From Thermoplasmatota archaeon (lineage in GTDB: Archaea > Thermoplasmatota > Thermoplasmata > UBA10834): 64,000 bases of DNA. The DNA lies in the NCBI GenBank assembly GCA_040751795.1, contig JBFMHR010000001.1:32001-96000 (forward strand), read 5' to 3'. Of this stretch, positions 25,533 through 34,544 are shown piece by piece (position 1 is the first letter of the stretch; each line of letters begins with the position of its first letter). The position numbers and the translations under genes are program-made. Under the pieces are notes generated by a model. That model was not told where the DNA came from. It worked only from the letters and a program-made list of their open reading frames with translations, and did no database searches.

Positions 25533-27146
25533 TTGGGAGAAGTATTTGCGAGAAAAGCGAGCGGGTTGGTCCGTGAGGCCTCGCTTCTTGATACCTTCGG
25601 TATCGGCTTCATGAACAACACGCTCGGTGTGGGCATTTGGACCATGGCGAGCTGGGGGCTGTTCATCTCGCCGCAGGGGAACATGATGCTCGGGTCGATA
25701 CTGGCGTCCCTGATGTGCATATTCGGCATCGCCTTCGTCTGGGGGTTCCTGGGCGGATCGATGCCGAGGAGCGGCGGGGACTACATCGCGAACTCGAGGA
25801 TCCTGCACCCTGCGGTCGGGATCGCCATGTCCATGACGAACGCAGGTTTCGTGATGACGTTCTGGATAGCCACCCTGGCTCCGTTCTGCGCGGACCCGGG
25901 CATGACATCCCTCCTGTCCTCGATAGGCGCGGACCAGAGCCTCATAGACTGGTTCGCGACGGCCGAGGGCATAGTCGTCACCGCGTCCCTGGTGAACATC
26001 TGGGGCTTCTTCATCGTGATAACCGGGCTCAGGGTGTACAACCTGAACCAGCGGGTGATAATGCTCCTGGCGTTCTTCACGCTGATCGTGACGGGCATCG
26101 TTCTCACGACGAGCAGCCAGGCCGACTTCATCACGGCGTACGACGCCCAGGCGGCGCTCGACGGCTCGATGACGTACGACCAGACGATCCAGTCCGTCCG
26201 TGGCGAGGGCGTGGACATCGCCGACGGCTCCGAGCCGGGATGGGACCTCGGGGCAGCGCTGGCCCTCTTCCCCGCGATAGCGTGGGCCACGGCGTACGGC
26301 TATCAGATCACCTTCATCTGCGGCGAGGTCAAACGGCCCCAGAGGAACATCATCCTGGGGCAGGTCCTCGCGGCGGTGATCCCCGCGGTCTTCCTGGTGT
26401 GGTTCTCGTGGGGCCTGGTCAACGTCATGGGCCAGGACTTCCTGGGCGCCATAGCGTACATCGACAACGCGGGCGAGGGGCCATCCTACGACGCCTTCAC
26501 CCTATCGGTGGGCAGCAACACCTACAGCATGATATCCCTGCTGACCGACAACGGCATCGCGGAGTTCTGCATCGGCTCGGTGTTCATCTTCTTCAACCTG
26601 TTATGCATGCCCATATCGTACATCGCCTTCAGCCGTGCGGCGTTCGCGTGGGGCATGGACAGGCTGGGCCCGATGTGGTTCACCGACGTGAGCCCGAGGT
26701 GGCACTCCCCTGTCAAGAACAACATCGTGATGCTGTTCATGAGCGAGATAGGGATATTCATCTACGCGTACTGGGCTGAGGCGATCGACGCCATAGCCAT
26801 CGTGGCCCTCGAGGCGATGTCCGCGTGGGGCGTCATGGCGGTGTCGGGCCTCCTCTTCCCCTACGTGAAGAAGGCGAGGACCATCTGGGAGGCGTCTCCC
26901 TACAAGTTCCATGTGGGGCCGCTCTACGTCATGACCATCACGTCGATAGTCAACCTGGCCTTCGTGGGGATACTGCTGTACTACTTCTTTACGGAGCCGG
27001 AGCTCGGCGCGATATCGACCTGGGGGTCGGTGGTCTATATCTCCATATGGGTGATCGGAGTGCTCTGGTACTTCCTCTGGGTGAGGCACTGGAAGAAGCA
27101 GGGCATAGACCTCGCCCTGGCCTGGAAGGAGCTGCCTCCGGCCTAG
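25533..27146 (+). CDS. APC-family amino acid/polyamine permease
   Basis: FARKASGLVRE, MPRSGGDY, GEVKRP, about 12 TM segments. Confidence 0.9.
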   Translation: MGEVFARKASGLVREASLLDTFGIGFMNNTLGVGIWTMASWGLFISPQGNMMLGSILASLMCIFGIAFVWGFLGGSMPRSGGDYIANSRILHPAVGIAMSMTNAGFVMTFWIATLAPFCADPGMTSLLSSIGADQSLIDWFATAEGIVVTASLVNIWGFFIVITGLRVYNLNQRVIMLLAFFTLIVTGIVLTTSSQADFITAYDAQAALDGSMTYDQTIQSVRGEGVDIADGSEPGWDLGAALALFPAIAWATAYGYQITFICGEVKRPQRNIILGQVLAAVIPAVFLVWFSWGLVNVMGQDFLGAIAYIDNAGEGPSYDAFTLSVGSNTYSMISLLTDNGIAEFCIGSVFIFFNLLCMPISYIAFSRAAFAWGMDRLGPMWFTDVSPRWHSPVKNNIVMLFMSEIGIFIYAYWAEAIDAIAIVALEAMSAWGVMAVSGLLFPYVKKARTIWEASPYKFHVGPLYVMTITSIVNLAFVGILLYYFFTEPELGAISTWGSVVYISIWVIGVLWYFLWVRHWKKQGIDLALAWKELPPA

Positions 27147-27223
27147 GCACGCAGGGTGGGCACGCCCCAAACCCTTTCTCAAAACCCTTCCCCCGTTTCT
27201 CACCGCGCACGACAGGCCGCCCT

Positions 27224-27964
27224 TCACGGCTTGGGGACGACGTGGTAGTGGTTGTACGACTTCTTGAAGAGCCCCAGGCTCCTCGGGCGCCACTTGTCGA
27301 CGACCTCGATGTTCTCGTAGTCGTCGAAGTACAGGACCAGCGCGAAGTAGTTCGGGTCCCTGCCGCTCCTCTTGGACTCCCTGGCGAGGGACTTCATCAT
27401 CCTGCTGACGCCCTCCTTCATCTTCTCCCTCGAGGGGGCGTACCTTTCTATGGTCTCCTCCTCGTAGGCGATGATCCTCTTCCTGGTCCTGTAGTCCAGG
27501 AGCGAGACGACGTTCAGGGACGCCACCATGACCAGGATGGTCCCGATCAGGGCGTACAGCCCGACGCCGTTCACGAAGTCCGCGCCCAGGCTTGACCGCC
27601 ATATTGGCACTATCTGGAACGATATGAAGAGGACGACGAGTATCAGGAGTATCTTGTTCAGCAGCTTGAGCCAGCTGATGGCGCGGATGAGCCTGGGTAC
27701 GCCCTCCACCTTCGCGGGCATGTCGACGATCTTCTCAGCGTGGGGCCGCGTCTTGACCCACATGTCGTAGAACTCAGAGAACCGGGTCTTCTTCAGTGCG
27801 GTGAACTGGGCCTCTATCTGCTCCACGTCCTTCCGCCTGTAGGCCCTGATGTCGTCGAGCAGGACTATGCACCTCGCCAGTGATGTCTCCGGGTCGTCCT
27901 CGACGCGTTTTCCACCGAACAGTCGCCCTCGCCCCCTAGACAGGCAGGTGCCTGCAATCGCCAA
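27224..27964 (-). CDS. Hypothetical 2-TM membrane protein
   Basis: Host-like codon usage, two hydrophobic segments; start uncertain. Confidence 0.7.
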   Translation of the reverse strand: MAIAGTCLSRGRGRLFGGKRVEDDPETSLARCIVLLDDIRAYRRKDVEQIEAQFTALKKTRFSEFYDMWVKTRPHAEKIVDMPAKVEGVPRLIRAISWLKLLNKILLILVVLFISFQIVPIWRSSLGADFVNGVGLYALIGTILVMVASLNVVSLLDYRTRKRIIAYEEETIERYAPSREKMKEGVSRMMKSLARESKRSGRDPNYFALVLYFDDYENIEVVDKWRPRSLGLFKKSYNHYHVVPKP

Positions 27965-28001
27965 CGGTGACTATTAAGATATCCGCGACCTGCGCCCCGG
28001 G

Positions 28002-29378
28002 TCACCGCATGCCGTGCTCCGTCTCCTTGATCGCCTGCTCGAAGATGTCGATGCCGATGTCCAGCTGCTCCTGGGAGATGACCAGAGGAGGGGCGATCCG
28101 GAAGACGTTCCCGTACATGCCCGCCGTGATCATCATCAGGCCCTTCTTCCAGGCCAGGCCCTGTATCTGCGGGACATAGAGCGGCTCCTTCGTCTTCTTG
28201 CTCTTGACGATCTCCACCCCGATCATGAGGCCCTTGCCCCTAACGTCGCCTATGATCTCGTACCGGTTCTTGAGCTCGGAGAGCCTCTTCATGGCATGGG
28301 CCCCGAGCACCTTCGACCGCTCGACCAGGTTCTGCTCGAGTATCTCCTTCACATGCGCCAGTCCGGCTGCCATGCTTATGCCGTTGCCCCCGAAGGTCGA
28401 CGAGTGCGACCCGGGCCTCCAGACCTCCATGACGCTCTTCCTCGCGACAATCGCCCCGAGGGGGACCCCGCCCCCGAGGGCCTTCCCCATGATTAAGATG
28501 TCCGGGACCGTGCCGGTCGAATTGCACTCCCAGACCTCGCCCGTCCTCGCGAGGCCGCTCTGGACCTCGTCCGCTACCAGCAGCATCTTCCTCTGGTCGC
28601 AGAGACGCCTCAGCCGCGGCATGAACTCCTTCGGCGGGACGATGTAGCCGCCCTCGCCCTGCACCGGCTCCACGAACACCGAGGCCAGGTCGTTGCTCGG
28701 GCCCCCGAACTCCAGGATCCCCTTCTCGAGGTAGTCCACGCAGAGGAGTCCGCAGGAGGGGTACTCCTGGTTGAACCAGCACCTGTAGCAGTAGGGGTAC
28801 GGCGCGAAGTAGATCCCCGGGGCGTACGGCCCGTGGCCGTACTTGTACTTGATACGGCTCGCCATCGCCAGCGCGTTGCCTATGCGCCCGTGGTACGAAC
28901 CCATGAAGGCTATGTGCTCGCTCCCCTTCGTGTAGTACCGCGAGAGCTTGATGGCGGCCTCGACGCCCTCCGCGCCGCTGTTCCCGAAGAACGTCGACTC
29001 TAGGGCCCCACCAGGGGAGATCTTCGCCAGCAGCTCCGCGAACTCCGCCTCCTTGTCGAAGTAGGCGTCGTTCGCCAGCGAGTGGGTGAGGAGCTCCGCC
29101 TGGTCCTTGATGGCCTGGACGACCTTGGGGTTGGACCATCCTGCGTTGAGCACCGAGATGCCGGACGAGAAGTCGAGGTAGACGTTCCCGTCCTCGTCCA
29201 TTATGGCCGCACCTGAGGACCGCTTCATCGTGAACTGGAAGAGCCTGTCGTATGCGTGGGAGACGTACTTCCTGTCCTTCTCTATGATCGCCTTGCTCTT
29301 CGGCCCCGGCGGCGGGACCTTCAGGTCCGGCGCCTTCCTGGCCCAGTCCGCTACCCATTCAGGCAGGCCTAGATCCAT
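28002..29378 (-). CDS. Class III aminotransferase (GabT/4-aminobutyrate-like)
   Basis: NSGAEGVEAAIK, YHGR, EPVQGEGGY, DEVQSGLARTG, MGKALGGG. Confidence 0.92.
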   Translation of the reverse strand: MDLGLPEWVADWARKAPDLKVPPPGPKSKAIIEKDRKYVSHAYDRLFQFTMKRSSGAAIMDEDGNVYLDFSSGISVLNAGWSNPKVVQAIKDQAELLTHSLANDAYFDKEAEFAELLAKISPGGALESTFFGNSGAEGVEAAIKLSRYYTKGSEHIAFMGSYHGRIGNALAMASRIKYKYGHGPYAPGIYFAPYPYCYRCWFNQEYPSCGLLCVDYLEKGILEFGGPSNDLASVFVEPVQGEGGYIVPPKEFMPRLRRLCDQRKMLLVADEVQSGLARTGEVWECNSTGTVPDILIMGKALGGGVPLGAIVARKSVMEVWRPGSHSSTFGGNGISMAAGLAHVKEILEQNLVERSKVLGAHAMKRLSELKNRYEIIGDVRGKGLMIGVEIVKSKKTKEPLYVPQIQGLAWKKGLMMITAGMYGNVFRIAPPLVISQEQLDIGIDIFEQAIKETEHGMR

Positions 29379-29734
29379 TGGAACATCCTCCGAGCCCACC
29401 GCGCGCTGAAATCGTGGGCGGCTACCGTTACCTACTGCAATCGTTATCAAGTTGCCGGAGATAGAGCGGACTGGCTGGGCATTCCGAGTGTGTCTTCAAA
29501 CGCGGTTCCACGCCCCGCCATTTGCGTTTATGCAAGGACGACGACCGGCAGGTGATGCCCATCCTCCATGCCGGCGGCGTGGCAATGGCGTTACGCCCGC
29601 CTGCGGGGTAATCTGCACGCTAGCCTACGACGCGGAGCGGACTTCGAAAGGTGTTCACGGGTTCGTCACTACGGTTAAATACGGTCCACCACGTTGACTG
29701 GACAAGTGCGTAGGAGGGGAGCGTTCTGAGCAGC

Positions 29735-30661
29735 ATGAGACTTTTCTTCGTCACCGACCTGCACGGCTCTGAATTGTGTTTCAGGAAGTTCATAAGCGCG
29801 ATATCGATCTACAAGGCCGACGCGGCGATAGCGCTCGGGGACCTCGCCGGGAAGATGGTCGTGCCCATAATGAGGAACGACAACGGGACCTACGATGTCA
29901 ACTTCCTGAGCCAGGCCATACACCTCAACAACGAGTCGGAGCTCCAGAAGCAGCTCGAGAAGATCAACGCCATCGGCTTCTACCCGTACATGACGGACCG
30001 GAAGGAGGCAGAGGAGCTCCAGAGGAAGCCGGACGAGGTCACCAAGATCTTCCACAGGCTGATCAGCGAGAGGGTCCAGCACTGGGTGGACCTCGCCGAC
30101 GAGAAGCTCAGGGGCACCCGAGCGAGGGTCTACATGGCCCCCGGCAACGACGACCCGTTCGAGATGGACCCGATACTCGAGTCCTCCAGGACCATGATAT
30201 CCGCCGCGATGAGGAACCTGGACGTCCTGGGCTACGAGATGATCACGCTGGCCCACACCTCCCCGACCCCATGGGACACGCCCAGGGAGTGGTCGGAGGA
30301 GGAGATGGGGAGGAACATCGACAAGCTCGCGTCCACGATCAAGGAGATGGACAAGGCGATATTCAACTTCCACGACCCGCCCCATGGGACGATGCTGGAC
30401 TACGCGCCCAAGCTCAAGGACAACAGGCAGTCGGCGGGAGAGGTTGAGCACGTCGGGAGCACCGCCGTCCTCGAGAGCATCAAGAAGTACCAGCCCTTCC
30501 TCGGGCTCCATGGCCACATACACGAGTCGCGGGCCGCGCAGAAGATAGGCAGGACGTTCTGCGTCAACCCCGGGAGCGAGTACGGGGAGGGCATCCTGAG
30601 GGGGGTCATACTCACGCTCTCCGACACCAAGATGAAGAGCTACGTCTTCACTCAGGGATAG
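29735..30661 (+). CDS. Calcineurin-like metallophosphoesterase
   Basis: DLHG, GD, GNDD, HDPP, GHIHE motifs. Confidence 0.9.
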   Translation: MRLFFVTDLHGSELCFRKFISAISIYKADAAIALGDLAGKMVVPIMRNDNGTYDVNFLSQAIHLNNESELQKQLEKINAIGFYPYMTDRKEAEELQRKPDEVTKIFHRLISERVQHWVDLADEKLRGTRARVYMAPGNDDPFEMDPILESSRTMISAAMRNLDVLGYEMITLAHTSPTPWDTPREWSEEEMGRNIDKLASTIKEMDKAIFNFHDPPHGTMLDYAPKLKDNRQSAGEVEHVGSTAVLESIKKYQPFLGLHGHIHESRAAQKIGRTFCVNPGSEYGEGILRGVILTLSDTKMKSYVFTQG

Positions 30662-30697
30662 GGTGCGGCCTGCATGACCATGGAGGACTGATCTCGG

Positions 30698-31501
30698 ATG
30701 ACCGTGCGACTTCCCGCTGACATACCGGCAGAAGAGTACCCTGCGCCCGAGGTCTTCCTCGACGAGGCGCTCGCCCTCGTGGAGGAGGCCGGGAGGAAGG
30801 GCCTGGTCCTGCGCGTGATGGGAGGGATGGCCATATACATGCACAGCAGGGACTACGAGGCCCTCTGGAAGGGCCTCGCCCGCCTGGGCACCAAGGCCTT
30901 CACCGACATCGACTTCGTCGCGTACGGCAGGCAGAGGAACCAGCTCATGGAGTTCGTGACCTCGAAGGGGTACAAGACGGACCCGCGCTTCCTCTACCAG
31001 TTCGGCAAGTCGCGGCACATATTCTTCGGGGGGCGCGTGCCCATGGTGGAGATCTTCTACGACGAGCTCGCGATGAACCACACCATCCCGTACGCCGGCC
31101 GCCTCGAGAAGGACTCGCCGACCGTCCCCCTGGGCGAGCTCATGATGCAGAAGCTCCAGATCGTCAAGATAAACGAGAAGGACATCAAGGACCTGATAGT
31201 CCTCCTGCGCGCGCACGACGTCGGCGAGGGGGACGACCAGAAGGTCAACCTCTCCGTCCTCGACTCGGTCGACCTGTTCAACGACTGGGGATGGTACCAC
31301 ACAGCCACTACCAACCTGGCCAAGCTCAAGGCGAAGCTCGCGGAGTACCCTCAGCTGTCAGACGAGGACCGGGCGGTCGTCTCCCAGAGGATCGACAGGA
31401 TACTGGCCCACGCGGAGTCGAGGCCGAAGTCCTTCAAGTGGAAGATGCGCGCCAAGGTCGGCACCAAGACGATGTGGTACAACCCGGTGGACGACTGGTG
31501 A
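30698..31501 (+). CDS. Nucleotidyltransferase-fold protein
   Basis: VMGGMAI...TDIDF (GG/DxD) and KLQIV...KDIKD. Confidence 0.7.
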   Translation: MTVRLPADIPAEEYPAPEVFLDEALALVEEAGRKGLVLRVMGGMAIYMHSRDYEALWKGLARLGTKAFTDIDFVAYGRQRNQLMEFVTSKGYKTDPRFLYQFGKSRHIFFGGRVPMVEIFYDELAMNHTIPYAGRLEKDSPTVPLGELMMQKLQIVKINEKDIKDLIVLLRAHDVGEGDDQKVNLSVLDSVDLFNDWGWYHTATTNLAKLKAKLAEYPQLSDEDRAVVSQRIDRILAHAESRPKSFKWKMRAKVGTKTMWYNPVDDW

Positions 31502-31516
31502 GAGGCGCGCGCGGGC

Positions 31517-32605
31517 TCAGAGCCTTATGCGGCCCTTCTTCTCGAGGCGCTCCATCACCGCCCGCATTATCAGCGGCCAGGCGATGGTCGCGTCGCTGTA
31601 CACCTCGACGTACATCCCGCCCTCGGAGCGGGGCTTGATCTTCCCCCAGGAGACCCCTTCCGAGTAGGTGCACCCCGAGAGCCCTCCCCAATGGACCGGC
31701 TCGGGGCATATCCTTACGGCGTAGTCGAAGCGCTTGAACCCTCCGCCGGAGCCCACCCTCTTGTTGATTATGTCCAGGTAAGGACCGACCTGCTGCGCCC
31801 AATTCCTCGGGACCCCCCCTCCGATCGTCAATATGCCGAGCTTCTTGGAGGCGAGCACGCGGGACGTGTAGTCCTCGAGGTCGCCGAAGGCGTCGAACCT
31901 CACGGCCTTCTTCTTCTGTAGCTTCATCCGGCGCAGGTAGACCCCGAAGTCCAGGCCCAGCTCCGAGTCGGTGAAGGACGGGACGTAGACCGGGACCTTG
32001 CGCAGGTACGCGGACTTGAGGATGCCCCTCTGGTCGTCGGAGGTGTTCCGCGCGAGGTATTCCCCGATCAGCCAGTTGAGCTCGAAGCTCGTCAGCGACT
32101 CGAACCGGTCTGAGACGTCCTCGACCACCTTCCTGAAGATGACCTCCATGTCGTCGAGGCTCTTCTCCAGCTCTATGGTGTCGTAGATCCTGTTGTACCC
32201 CTTGTGGTAGAGCTCGGTGTCGCTCATCGACTCCTTGTACTTGAAGTGGGTGAGGCCGGTCGACTCCACCATCCCATGGGCCATGATGGCCCCGGTCGAG
32301 ATGACGGCGTCGGCCATCCCGAGGTCGATCATGTCGCAGATGACGAGGCCCATCTTCGCGGGGGTCATCGCGCCGGAGAGGGTCAGGACCTTGAAGCAGT
32401 CCTTGTCCTCCACCATCGCCTCCATGACCTGGGCGGCCTCGCCCACGCTCCTCGCGCCGAAGCTGCACCGGCCCATCGCCTCGACCAGCTCCGACACCGA
32501 TGAGCAGGACCTCAGGTCCAGGGACGACAGCGACTCGAGCCTGTCGCTCGCCCCGTCGCTCATCTCGCCCGCCTTCCTGGAGCCCTTCTTGCCCGTCCGT
32601 GACAT
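31517..32605 (-). CDS. dys: Deoxyhypusine synthase
   Basis: SGAMTPA, STGA, TDSELG, GGGVPRN, GGLSGCTYSEGVSWGK. Confidence 0.9.
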   Translation of the reverse strand: MSRTGKKGSRKAGEMSDGASDRLESLSSLDLRSCSSVSELVEAMGRCSFGARSVGEAAQVMEAMVEDKDCFKVLTLSGAMTPAKMGLVICDMIDLGMADAVISTGAIMAHGMVESTGLTHFKYKESMSDTELYHKGYNRIYDTIELEKSLDDMEVIFRKVVEDVSDRFESLTSFELNWLIGEYLARNTSDDQRGILKSAYLRKVPVYVPSFTDSELGLDFGVYLRRMKLQKKKAVRFDAFGDLEDYTSRVLASKKLGILTIGGGVPRNWAQQVGPYLDIINKRVGSGGGFKRFDYAVRICPEPVHWGGLSGCTYSEGVSWGKIKPRSEGGMYVEVYSDATIAWPLIMRAVMERLEKKGRIRL

Positions 32606-32646
32606 GCGCAACACCTCTCGAACTCAACGCCCGCCTGCCGCGGGGA

Positions 32647-33234
32647 TCACTGTCCCTGCTGCTGGCACGGGGCCGGCTCGCCGACCTCGTCGCATATGAA
32701 CACCGCGGCCGCGAGGACCGTCGTGTAGCCGTTCTTGTCCCCCTCCGCGGTCTTGGTCACGTTGAACGACTTGACGATCTTCCCGCTCATCTTGTACTGG
32801 TCCTCCCTCTCGTCCCAGTCCTTCTCAGGGTCGAAGGGGATGCCGAGCGTCGTGGCCAGCATGGTCGCTGCCAGGTCCTCGGCCATGTGCCCCGCGGACT
32901 CCGCGTTGGTACCGAACCCGTGGTACTCGGAGATGTAGCCGTACTGCGAACCCTCGGCGGGGACGGCGACGCCTATGGACGACGCGACCATCCTGTTCGG
33001 CTCGTTGGTCGAGTTCCTCGACATAACGAGGAACACGACCTGCCCGGGCTTGAGGTGCTTGAGGCCCTCCTCCCGGCTCACCAGCCTGCATCCGGGCGGC
33101 AAAATGCTGGAGACGGACACGAGGTTGAACTTCTCTATCCCTGCGTCCCTCAGAGCCATCTCGAAGGACTGGAGCTCGTACTTGTGCCTGCCAACACCCT
33201 TGGTGTTGAACATCATTCTCGGAACTATGGCCAT
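32647..33234 (-). CDS. pdaD: Pyruvoyl-dependent arginine decarboxylase
   Basis: [25 protein letters not shown] self-cleavage motif, YGYISEYH. Confidence 0.93.
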   Translation of the reverse strand: MAIVPRMMFNTKGVGRHKYELQSFEMALRDAGIEKFNLVSVSSILPPGCRLVSREEGLKHLKPGQVVFLVMSRNSTNEPNRMVASSIGVAVPAEGSQYGYISEYHGFGTNAESAGHMAEDLAATMLATTLGIPFDPEKDWDEREDQYKMSGKIVKSFNVTKTAEGDKNGYTTVLAAAVFICDEVGEPAPCQQQGQ

Positions 33235-33360
33235 GGGTTGAACGAATTGTGATGCTATGTTCTTAAAACTATTCTTTAGACCAGATTCTCGTTCCGTCGC
33301 GGTGTCGCGATGCGACACGGCGCTCCGATACTGTCATCCTTCGGAGGATTTTCACCGTGC

Positions 33361-34268
33361 TCAGTGGCATGCGACCGCCGTCACGACCTCCATGGTCTGG
33401 ACGTCGAGCGACTCGAGCTCCGGCTCGTCGACGAAATAGGCCGGTGTCACGTAGAACAGGACGATGGATTCGAAGTCGACGTTGCAGAACCACGCGATGG
33501 CGCCAATCTCGGCGACCCTCGCGTCCAGCGTCGTCTCGAAGGGCGGGTATCCGACCATGATCGGCTTCACCACGGCATATGTGTGCCGCACCGCGTCGTG
33601 TCCAGAGAACTCGTAGCCGGTCTCGTTCGACTCCGGGACGACGTCGATCTCGATGCCGTACTGCTCCCTGGCGTAGTCCTCGGCGTATCCGTCCAGCCGC
33701 TCGAAGGCTGCGCTGAATGCGGCACTGGGCGCGCTGATGGTGCGGATGGTCGCCACGCCGACGAACGCCTTGCCGTTGGTGTAGATGGTCTCGTGGATCC
33801 TTGGGAAGTAGCTGTACACCCCGTCCTCGATGGAGAACGATAGGGCATCGAGCGGTTCGGCCGGGGTCACGGGCATGGCGAAGAACGTGCAGTAGCACAG
33901 CAGGGCGCAGCCGTAGGCGGACGCGACGACGGCCGACCTTCGCCGCCCGGTGAGAGGTCTCAGAGCATCACCAACCCGATGGTGACCAAGGCGAGCACTG
34001 CGGCCAGCGCCGAGGGCCTCGCATATTGGAGGACCCCGCCTCCGCGCCGGACCCGCGATAGGGACGAGACTATCATGATGAGGAGGAGCCCTGGGAAGAA
34101 GATCAGGCCGGGCACGCCGAGATACACCAGGAGGACGCCTGAGAGGGACCACGCGGCCGAGGCTGCGCCGAACGCGCCCTTCCGTGCCTCTCCTGAGGCG
34201 ATGTCATGGAGGGCGATCAGGCCGAAAGGCACCGAGGCAGATGCGAGGACAATTATCGAGACGTCCAA
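33361..34268 (-). pseudogene. Membrane protein with extracellular domain, split by an apparent 1-nt frameshift near 33960
   Basis: TM ORF 33960-34268 stops at ATGCTCTGA while the adjacent frame continues into another TM segment and a domain ending at 33361. Confidence 0.4.
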
Positions 34269-34544
34269 GGTTTGCCCCGGTCATGGAACGACGAACAGGT
34301 ATTCAATCATCGTTGACGCCGGAGGCTCCGCTGAGGGTCGAAATAGAAAAAAGAAGAGGGGGGAGGAAGTTCTGTAACGACTTTGTCCTCTGAGCATATA
34401 AAGCCCTGACATCGGAGGTCGAAAAAGGCCTGCCCGTCGATGGAACCATTGAAATACATCCTATCTACCACATGGACATTAAGAATCATTGATGGACCAT
34501 TGGATTCGTCAACAGGCCGGTCCGCGCATCCGCCCTGCGCGCGC

